Source of the DNA: a bacterium
Lineage (GTDB): Bacteria > SZUA-182 > DTGQ01
Reading direction: 5' to 3'
DNA length: 64,000 nt
Assembly (NCBI GenBank): GCA_023512255.1
Contig: JAILZY010000010.1
Location: 2,246 to 66,245, forward strand
Shown here in pieces: positions 56,392-64,000 of this stretch. The notes below the pieces were generated by a model. The model did no database searches, was not told where the DNA came from, and was given only the letters and a program-made list of their open reading frames with translations. Made by a program: the position numbers and the translations under genes. Each line of letters opens with the position of its first letter. Within the stretch, counting starts at the first letter, position 1.

Positions 56392-57987
56392 CTTTTTATC
56401 TCCTTATAATGTATAAAATAATATTTGACAGTACATAAAATAATACTTGCATCACTAAAGTCTTTTTTATATTATTTTTTATATATTATACGTTAAAGCG
56501 TTTTTATCAGTTATGGTCACCAAGTCATAGAAATTGTCTAACTATCTCTTTTCGGTTAAAGGGCAAAGATGTCATTTCAGACAGCACAATCCGTTTGCAT
56601 CTATAGCTTTATATTATTATCTCATATTCTCTACTATTATTGTACCTCTGATTTATCTAGAGATCGTATATATTTCGGCTGTTTCACTCTTTATCCACTT
56701 GCGTTTTTCATGAAAATTGCGTAATTCCCTGGGCATTTTTTATGACATGAGCCCTACGGCCTTTAACATGTGGAGAATAAAGAACGGAATGTGAAATAAA
56801 TTGCTTACCAGGTTGTAAAAAATTGCATAATTTTTCTAAGAAGAGCTACTTGAGTGGGAGGGGGCATTTGAAAAATTTTCTGAGCGAGAGGGTTATGTTT
56901 TTGATTTTATTATATAAATTTGATATGTTTGTTTTTATAAAAAAAGATAAATTAAAAAGTTTCTATGGTATAAAGATTGCATTTTCTACAGAAGTTAGTT
57001 CTACTAGAAGTTAGTATTGATCATGAAACCCCCTTATTGCTAGCTATTGTTGCGATGGAACTAATCAGAGTTATGAAAATAATATTGATCAGCCCCTTTT
57101 ACCTGAAGAGAACGAGAATCTCTTGCCTGGTGGTGGGATTGTCGGTAGTGGGCTTTGTTTTTATGTTGAGTGGGCTTGATGCGCCTGAATATATTCGATG
57201 CAAACATATCGGGGTTTGTGAATTCCTGGAAATCTGCGGGGATGTAACTATTTCCCAGAAATCGAAAAATATGGTCAAGGCCATAGGCAGATTTACTTAT
57301 CAGACGCTATCCTCAAAAATCTCGCTTGCCCGCCCTCCCTTTCTTTTTCCCCTGCCGATAAAAAGCCTTTATCCGAGAGATGTTACTAAGATTGGCAATT
57401 ATATCTTAGCAAGTTTCGATCAGATTTTAGACCGATGTATACATCCTTCCTATAATAAGGTCTTATTCCATCCTCCCCTTGGAGAAGGGAGCAATCTTGC
57501 ATTCAATAATAAAGAATCATTATCTCCTTCGCCAGGAAGCGGCTTTTGCTCGCAAGCCTTCCTGATTATTACTACCTCTGTTATTAGATGTTGATTTTTC
57601 ATCCCCTCCTATAAAAACTAGTCTTCAGTCTGCTGAAGACTAAGTAGCCTTTGGACAAAAATAAGCTGTCTATACGACATAACCAGACATTCCCATTCCG
57701 GCTGTGGGAAGGCTTCTTAATTTATACTTTATGGCCGCGGCGGGAAGCCTTTCTTTCTGCGGCAGGAAGATAGGGAAATATCTGAAGAAACTCCCTTAGT
57801 TGGCTTGTTTTTAGTAATAAGTTGACTTTTGGCGAGGAGGGAAATTTCATAAGTAAGCTATCAATAGCTATTAATAATCTTTAGCTATTAAGTCTTTGTC
57901 AAATTTAAGGCAAAGATTTAAGGCAAAGATTAATTTTGAGGTTAAGGAAAGTAAAAAGTGATGTTTATGTTAAGGAGATAAGGAAAG

Positions 57988-60351
57988 ATGAGGGAAACAG
58001 GAAAAAGGGTATGGTTATTAACCTTTATCATGGCTGCTATTTTGCCGCTGATAGGAAGTGGGTTGGTCATAGCTCAGAATTCTCCACCGGTCTATAATCT
58101 GCCTCCTCAGCTATCCCAGCAGACCACTGTGCCTATTCACTTGCCGAATTATAACGATCCCACCGATCCCACAGGTGGTGATATCTTGATCGACAATTTC
58201 GAATACTGGGATGAGCCTAAAAATCATGGCTGGACTGTGGGAGAGCCACCATATCCAGTATGGGGATATGGCATCGGCTATGGGCAGATGCTGACAGTTT
58301 TGGATTTTCAAGAGGGGAGCCGAGTACTGGATATTTATCGGCCAGTTTCCACATTTCTGCCGTTCAATGAACCTCCGCTATCAGATCCTCAAGGGGATAA
58401 GTTTAGGTATATGCCCTATACGATCATAAGAAAGTGCAATATTGATTTTACTCAGGTTGGCCCACATCCCCTGCTGAGCTTCAAGGTTAGGGCTCCTCTG
58501 GCGGTAGAAATGTTTGACACCTTCCGGTTTATCGTTGATGTAGTAACCACAACTGACCCTGCGGTCAACCCTTGTGGTGATCCTTGCAATCCTGGTGCTA
58601 CGGCTGGTTTTGCCCGGATTGTTTTTATCCCCAGGGAAAAAAGCATTGGCTGCGATATCTCCGCCTTGGATAGCATAACCCCCAAAAGCCCGGTTATTGA
58701 TGGTGGAAATTGCAGACAAAGCCCCTGCAACAATCCACAGCCTGATATTATTGAAGTGTATCTAGGGAGAGAATTCCAGGATGGAAGCTGGCATTTAGTG
58801 ATCCAGGATCTTCAGGCCATTCTTGACCGTTATGTCAGCAATAGCGCTACTCCAGAATACATAGCCGCGATTAGGCAGATTATGATCCGGGGGAATCAAT
58901 ACCGGCTGGATGATATCACTTTTAGTCGGGGAAGCACTCTTGGCCTAGGCTGCCCCTATCTCTTTAAAACCGGCCCATTTTTTGTCCAGTTGTTTGTGCC
59001 AACGGAAAAGCTTGTTTTTGCTGAAGACCACGTGGGTAATATTTACGATGTTATCACTAACCCTGATGAAATTGCCCGAGCTTATGCTAAAGATTCGCGA
59101 GATGGTTTTGCCCCGGCCAGTATTTACGGATCTGCTGGCGATTGGACCGATCCTGATCCTGACAATTGGACCCCGGCTGACCTTCAGACTGCTAAGACGC
59201 GGGTCACGGCCGCGGGTCTCAATCTGAATAGCCCAATTCTGGCCAATGAGGGGATGAGGAGAGCAAATTCCCCCGGTCATCGAGAAGATATGCTTCGCTT
59301 TGACGCCTTCGTCGGCGGCGGAGCGGCTTCCGGCGCTTACTCTCCAATAATGATTGCCCATCTGCCGGTTGATCTTAATGATAATCGCCCCCTCTTTTTA
59401 CCCATCTATTATCGTCTGCTGGATGAAAGCGGTGAGTGGAGTGAAGATTGCTGCGTAGAGGGCGATGAATGCGTGCCACGGGTGCCTCATGAAATGGGCC
59501 CGCCTCATTGCTCTGAAGGGAATCACTTTTATCCGCTTGAGCGAGTTCAGCTCATTGAGCAAGCCCTGCAGAATGCCGGCTATACCCATTGGCCGAATGT
59601 CGCGGTCATGCGATTTCTGCCTCAATACCTGGAAGACCTGATCGTTACCGTAGAGGTAAGTAATGGTTTGACTAAGGATATTGAAACCTTCCCGGTGTCT
59701 GTAGTCAACTACCCGGTGGAGAATTATCCTCCCATCATGGAAGACCTGGATGATCAAATCGCCTATGTGGGGGAGGTTTTCAGATACGCTCTTACGGCTC
59801 TTGACCCAGATAGTTATCTTTATTCAGCCACTCATCCCAAACCGGATCAATATACCTTAACCTGGAGAGCTTACATTGCTGGCTCCCCCGATTATCGATA
59901 CGGTCCGTGGTCAGAGACGCTAATCAATCCACATACTGGGGTAATTAGCTTTGTTCCACAGTTTGAAGGGGTTTATCCGATAGTAGTTCAAGTTACAGAT
60001 TCGAGAGGTTTTTCTAGTATTAATGAATTTAGTGTCTATTGCGTCAATCGGGGAACATGGCTGAACCATCCGCCAGTTATGCTTGGTGATTGGGATCATC
60101 CGCAGGTCTGCCGTGCTGGCGAGCTGCTTATCCTGGATTCTGAGATCGATGTTCAGGATCCTGATGGCGATAAGGTGTATTTATCCTGCAACATAGGCTC
60201 TATCGGCAAAGATTCTGAGGGCAATGTGTTCTGGACATTCCAGACTCAGTTCCCCGGCTTCTATGTAGTTGAGATTTTCGCTATGGATGCTCGCGGGGCC
60301 TTTACGGTATTCACTATTGATCTTGAGGTCAGACCTTGGTGGTCGCTCTAA
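57988..60351 (+). CDS. Secreted hypothetical protein (787 aa)
   Basis: Signal peptide MRETGKRVWLLTFIMAAILPLIGSGLVIAQN and an AGGAGA RBS. A long ORF preceded by an AT-rich region. No domain recognised. Confidence 0.6.
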   Translation: MRETGKRVWLLTFIMAAILPLIGSGLVIAQNSPPVYNLPPQLSQQTTVPIHLPNYNDPTDPTGGDILIDNFEYWDEPKNHGWTVGEPPYPVWGYGIGYGQMLTVLDFQEGSRVLDIYRPVSTFLPFNEPPLSDPQGDKFRYMPYTIIRKCNIDFTQVGPHPLLSFKVRAPLAVEMFDTFRFIVDVVTTTDPAVNPCGDPCNPGATAGFARIVFIPREKSIGCDISALDSITPKSPVIDGGNCRQSPCNNPQPDIIEVYLGREFQDGSWHLVIQDLQAILDRYVSNSATPEYIAAIRQIMIRGNQYRLDDITFSRGSTLGLGCPYLFKTGPFFVQLFVPTEKLVFAEDHVGNIYDVITNPDEIARAYAKDSRDGFAPASIYGSAGDWTDPDPDNWTPADLQTAKTRVTAAGLNLNSPILANEGMRRANSPGHREDMLRFDAFVGGGAASGAYSPIMIAHLPVDLNDNRPLFLPIYYRLLDESGEWSEDCCVEGDECVPRVPHEMGPPHCSEGNHFYPLERVQLIEQALQNAGYTHWPNVAVMRFLPQYLEDLIVTVEVSNGLTKDIETFPVSVVNYPVENYPPIMEDLDDQIAYVGEVFRYALTALDPDSYLYSATHPKPDQYTLTWRAYIAGSPDYRYGPWSETLINPHTGVISFVPQFEGVYPIVVQVTDSRGFSSINEFSVYCVNRGTWLNHPPVMLGDWDHPQVCRAGELLILDSEIDVQDPDGDKVYLSCNIGSIGKDSEGNVFWTFQTQFPGFYVVEIFAMDARGAFTVFTIDLEVRPWWSL

Positions 60352-60506
60352 GTTAGAGATTAGGCTTTGGATCGGTAAATTCGAATTTCCCGATCCATTA
60401 AAAGCCTTGTGGCTTTGTACCTAACCCAAGGGAGGGGAGCTTTTCTCCTTTCTCCAAGCCGCATGGAGGAATACTTCCACCTCCATGCGAAGCCTCCCTT
60501 CCATAT

Positions 60507-60565
60507 CACGGGAGGGGCAGTAACCTTGCTTCCTCAAAGCTGCCCCTCCCGTGTAGTTTTTTATT
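60507..60565 (+). terminator. Rho-independent terminator after the 787-aa gene (cacgggaggggcag-N19-ctgcccctcccgtg followed by ttttttatt)
   Basis: Perfect 14-bp GC-rich stem followed by a T-run. A second 8-bp hairpin (catggagg...cctccatg) lies just upstream. Confidence 0.55.
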
Positions 60566-60860
60566 GGGGTTCTCCCTTTCACTATGCTTTTGTTGTCTGC
60601 CTCACCATGTCTGCTTTTTCATGTCTGCCTTTTTTATCTTTCTTACAGAATGTTTTTATGTTTCCCTTGACTGAACCTTATGCCAGAGCGAATGCTTGAT
60701 TGCATTTTAAAATCAATCAGTTAACTTTCACAAAATGTGTGAGTTAATATTCTGGATTTTGGAATATAAAGCTTTTCAGGTGTTCGCTCTGTATTCAGGC
60801 TGAAACAATCTGGTGAGAGATGAGAAAGTTACCGAAAAGGATGTAAGAGGGGGAAACATT

Positions 60861-61634
60861 ATGAAGATTCAAGTTTTGGGATGCTGTGGAGGGCGTCTGC
60901 CTGGCTTTTATACCAGCGGTTTCTTACTTAATGACCACCTTCTCCTTGATGCGGGAGAGATCGGAGGGGTATTAAAAGTTGAAGATCAATGCCATATTAC
61001 TGATATTTTGCTCACCCATGCTCACCTAGATCATATTGTCGGGCTTCCCTTTCTTGGCGATACCATTTTCGGGCAGATCCGCAAGCCTATCTCTATCATC
61101 GGGCTTCAGGAGGTGCTCGATAGCCTCCATCATTATGTATTCAACGACCAGATTTGGCCAGACTTTACCCGGCTGCCTGCCGCTCAGGGAGAGCCGGTTT
61201 TTCGCCTGCAACTTGTTCAGCTCGGCACAGTCTGCTCCGTTGCTGAGTTTGAAGTTATCCCCTTTCCTGTGCGTCATACTGTCTCAAGCGCTGGTTACCT
61301 TATTCGCCAGCAGGAAACTACGATTCTCTATTCTGGTGATACTGGCAGTCTTCAAGAGGTCATTCAGGTGATCAGAAGGAGTGAAAAACTCGCCGCAGCC
61401 TTTATTGAAACCTCTTTCCCAAACCGATTAAGGAACCTGGCTGAAGAAACAGGCCACCTTATTCCGAAAGCTCTCGACAAACTTCTGTCCGAACTCGATC
61501 CTCAGACTCAGGTCTTTCTCTTTGGCATGAAGCCGCAATATCTTGAAGAAATCAGTGCCGAGTGTCAGGCCATGCAGTCGAGGGCTAGAATACTGAAGCA
61601 GGGCGAGATTTTGTACCTGGGTGAAAATCCATAA
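60861..61634 (+). CDS. MBL-fold hydrolase, plausibly a class II 3',5'-cyclic-nucleotide phosphodiesterase
   Basis: LTHAHLDH metal-binding motif. N-terminus MKIQVLGCCGG. An AGAGGGGG RBS favours the start at 60861 over the track start at 60813. Lies directly upstream of an adenylate cyclase. Confidence 0.5.
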   Translation: MKIQVLGCCGGRLPGFYTSGFLLNDHLLLDAGEIGGVLKVEDQCHITDILLTHAHLDHIVGLPFLGDTIFGQIRKPISIIGLQEVLDSLHHYVFNDQIWPDFTRLPAAQGEPVFRLQLVQLGTVCSVAEFEVIPFPVRHTVSSAGYLIRQQETTILYSGDTGSLQEVIQVIRRSEKLAAAFIETSFPNRLRNLAEETGHLIPKALDKLLSELDPQTQVFLFGMKPQYLEEISAECQAMQSRARILKQGEILYLGENP

Positions 61635-61642
61635 ACCAGAAT

Positions 61643-63880
61643 ATGAGCGGAAGAAAAACTCTGTGCTGGGGATTCATTATTAGCCTTTCAATCAGCCTTG
61701 GCATGATTGGGCTCTATTTGAGGCATCCGCGGTTTTTGGAAGTTATTGAGCTGAAAGTGTTTGATCTGCGTTTTCGCTGGCGAGGGTGTATCCGTCCAGG
61801 GGCTGAGGTGGTCATTGCCGCTATAGACCAAAAGAGCATTGATGAGCTTGGCAGATGGCCCTGGCCACGGGCCAGAATGAGGTCCCTGGTTGAAGAGCTC
61901 AAAAGGAGTGGAGCCAAGATTGTGGCTTTTGATATCACCTTCCCCTCACCAGAGCAGGATCCGCTCTCGGCTGAAGAGTATGCCCTTGAGCTGATCAGGA
62001 ATATTGTCGATCTTCCGCTCGATCGGCAGAAGATCAGAAAGGCCTTGAGCCACCTTAATCCAGAGCGGGATTTTAGTCTGGCTCTTCAGAAAGCAGGCAA
62101 TGTTATTTTGGGCATGTTTTTCTTCCTCTCTCCCCAAGAGGTGCCAGAAGGAAAGAGGCTTCGGCCTATGCCCCCCTTTTTGTCTTCACAGCGCTATCCT
62201 CTGGTTCAGCAACCACAAAGCCCATCGGCTTCAGCCAGCCTGGTTCCTCGAGGCTATGGCTTTGAAGCTAGCCTTGATATCCTGGCTAGTTCTGCTTTGG
62301 CCAATGGGTGTTTTAACCTGTATCCAGACTTTGATGGCACGATTCGTTGGGCTCCCTTGATCATCGAATATCAGGGAAATTATTATCCTTCGCTGGACAT
62401 TCAGGTCATCAAGCATTACTGGGATTTGGGGAGAGATTCCATCCTGGTCCAAATGGGAGATCGGGGAGTAGAGAGCCTGCTCATCGAAGGCATTCCCATT
62501 CCAGTTGACGCCCGCGGGCATCTGCTCATTAACTACCGCGGACCGCACGATACCTTTGCCCACTACAGCGTAAGCGATATTCTGGCCCGGCGCATACCGG
62601 TTGAAACCTTTCGGGATAAGATCGTTCTGGTTGGAACTACTGCTGTGGGTATCTATGATCTTCGCTATACGCCGTATAAGATCATGTCTGGGGTTGAAAT
62701 CCATGCCAACATCCTGGATAGCCTGCTCCATCTCGATTTTCTCTCCCTGCCTAGGCATTATTTTCTGGCTGATGTTGGAATTTTATTGGCTTTTGGCCTG
62801 CTGCTGAGTCTTTTTCTTCCCCTTGCTCGGCCCCTTGTGGGTTTAGGGCTGACGGCTGCCCTGCTCACAGGCTATGCCGCTTTCAGCCAGTATCTTTTCA
62901 CTGTCCGTGGGGTATGGATCAATCTGGTCTATCCGCTCGCCCAAATCATGATTATCTTTACCATGATTAGCCTTTATCGCTACGCAACTGAGGAGCGAGA
63001 AAAGAGGAGGATTAAAAACTCATTCGAGCGATATCTTGCCCCTGCTCTGGTTCGAGAGCTAATCCGAAATCCTCAGATGCTGAGTCTTGGTGGAGAGCGG
63101 AAGTTTTTGACTGTTCTTTTTTCCGATATCAGGGGGTTTACCTCTATCTCCGAACAGCTTAAGCCCGAAGCCTTAGTTTCATTTTTAAACGAATATATGA
63201 GCACGATGTCCGGCATTATCTTGCATTATTCGGGATTTTTGGACAAATTCATCGGTGATGCTATTATGGCCGTCTACTGTGCACCGATCAGTCGGCAAGA
63301 TCATGCTCTCCTGGCCTGCCAGACAGCGCTCGATATGCGGGCCGCCCTGGCTAAGATTAATCTTCGATTTCAAGAGAAAAATTTCCCGCAGATCAGAATT
63401 GGCATAGGCATTAATTCCGGGGAGATGATTGTCGGCAATATGGGCTCTCGAGAGCGTATGGATTATACGGTGCTCGGAGATAATGTCAATCTGGCCTCGC
63501 GGCTTGAGGGAATTACTAAGGTCTATGGGGTTGATGTGGTGATAAGTGAATTCACCTATCAGCTTGTGCGAGAGGAATTCATCGCTCGGGAGCTTGACAG
63601 AGTGCGGGTTAAGGGAAAAACGCAACCGGTAAAGATCTACGAATTGATGGCCAGAAGACAAGAGGCCGCACAGCTTGAATCATTGCTGAATAGTTATAAT
63701 CAAGGGCTCAGGGCCTACCAGGATCAGCAGTGGGAGGAAGGAATTAGGAGATTTCAGCAGGCTTTGCAAATCTGCCCCACTGACGGTCCGTCAAAATACT
63801 ATCTTGACCGCTGCCGGCAATATCAGTGTTCTCCCCCTGTTTCTGACTGGGATGGTGTGCTTACCCTGACGGCAAAGTAG
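61643..63880 (+). CDS. CHASE2-sensor class III adenylate/guanylate cyclase
   Basis: CHASE2 hallmark LGRWPWPRARMRSLVEELKRSGAKIVAFDITF. Three or four TM helices. Cyclase domain LTVLFSDIRGFTSISE...FIGDAIMAV...GINSGEMIVGNMG...YTVLGDNVNLASRLE. Confidence 0.85.
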   Translation: MSGRKTLCWGFIISLSISLGMIGLYLRHPRFLEVIELKVFDLRFRWRGCIRPGAEVVIAAIDQKSIDELGRWPWPRARMRSLVEELKRSGAKIVAFDITFPSPEQDPLSAEEYALELIRNIVDLPLDRQKIRKALSHLNPERDFSLALQKAGNVILGMFFFLSPQEVPEGKRLRPMPPFLSSQRYPLVQQPQSPSASASLVPRGYGFEASLDILASSALANGCFNLYPDFDGTIRWAPLIIEYQGNYYPSLDIQVIKHYWDLGRDSILVQMGDRGVESLLIEGIPIPVDARGHLLINYRGPHDTFAHYSVSDILARRIPVETFRDKIVLVGTTAVGIYDLRYTPYKIMSGVEIHANILDSLLHLDFLSLPRHYFLADVGILLAFGLLLSLFLPLARPLVGLGLTAALLTGYAAFSQYLFTVRGVWINLVYPLAQIMIIFTMISLYRYATEEREKRRIKNSFERYLAPALVRELIRNPQMLSLGGERKFLTVLFSDIRGFTSISEQLKPEALVSFLNEYMSTMSGIILHYSGFLDKFIGDAIMAVYCAPISRQDHALLACQTALDMRAALAKINLRFQEKNFPQIRIGIGINSGEMIVGNMGSRERMDYTVLGDNVNLASRLEGITKVYGVDVVISEFTYQLVREEFIARELDRVRVKGKTQPVKIYELMARRQEAAQLESLLNSYNQGLRAYQDQQWEEGIRRFQQALQICPTDGPSKYYLDRCRQYQCSPPVSDWDGVLTLTAK

Positions 63881-63884
63881 ATAA

Positions 63885-63960
63885 GGGGAAAACCCTTTTG
63901 AAAAAGGGTTTTCCCCTTTTCACCCCTTTCCTAAAACTTTTAATAACTAAACCTTTAATA
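63885..63960. repeat. MITE/REP-like element, copy 5 (P1 plus the left half of P2)
   Basis: ggggaaaacccttttgaaaaagggttttcccc at 63885-63916, then cctaaaacttttaataact. Sits immediately after the cyclase stop. Confidence 0.75.
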
Positions 63961-64000
63961 ACCCTGGGGGAATATATGACTAGGGAAAAGTTTAAAGTTT

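Noticed and set aside
56977-57594. 205-aa ORF in the AT-rich block
   Set aside because: No RBS, atypical composition and no recognisable domain. Left uncalled, but could be real.
60409-60699. 96-aa ORF after the 787-aa gene
   Set aside because: It spans the terminator hairpin and T-tract. Hydrophobic, low-complexity translation.
610-64000. tRNA, rRNA and tmRNA genes in intergenic regions
   Set aside because: No cloverleaf-compatible sequence (GTTC-type T-arm with an acceptor stem) or rRNA-like conservation was noticed in any intergenic stretch. This was by eye, without a covariance model.

Overview
This is a 64-kb bacterial chromosomal window of roughly 50% GC, densely coded on both strands. 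I cannot assign the organism. The sigma-54 machinery, large multiheme cytochromes and a mix of archaeal-type enzymes suggest an uncultivated anaerobe. Housekeeping part, left to right: a truncated hypothetical gene, rtcA, a minimal sufCB pair, a treS-maltokinase fusion, a short glgB, nfi, an archaeal-type SAM synthetase, a short infB, a NUDIX hydrolase, an RNase-H-like exonuclease, the hisC-hisB-hisH-hisA-hisF operon (minus strand) and a CheY-like receiver. The accessory centre (about 21-41 kb) holds what looks like one sigma-54 regulon. It contains a GAF-domain sigma-54 activator at 32.2-33.7 kb. It is flanked by two tandem modules, each an NHL beta-propeller followed by a roughly 14-heme c-type cytochrome. 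It also contains a 1119-aa secreted propeller/Ig protein with an aromatic-Ser repeat tail, and a divergently transcribed 2059-aa secreted giant. The giant combines a PD40 propeller, about 26 copies of a novel 20-residue 'WC[RW]PCP' cysteine repeat with a perfect 361-bp internal duplication, two cohesins, a HYR domain and a C-terminal dockerin. I found good -24/-12 sigma-54 promoter matches upstream of both NHL-cytochrome modules and upstream of the giant gene. The right part encodes MoaE, a receiver protein, a sulfatase-like/TPR fusion, a ytfI/ytfJ-like pair, a PRiA4-ORF3-like protein with a poly-acidic tail, a membrane-anchored spermidine-synthase-like protein, prs, fbaB (class I aldolase) and a HIT protein. 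Further right is a small segment bracketed by about 87-bp direct repeats that carries an excisionase-type HTH gene and an 11-residue-repeat coiled-coil gene. The window ends with a coupled metallophosphoesterase/nucleotidyltransferase pair, two secreted hypothetical proteins, and an MBL-fold hydrolase (possibly a cyclic-nucleotide phosphodiesterase) next to a CHASE2 adenylate cyclase. A composite palindromic MITE/REP-like element occurs in at least five intergenic copies. No rRNA, tRNA or CRISPR was found.
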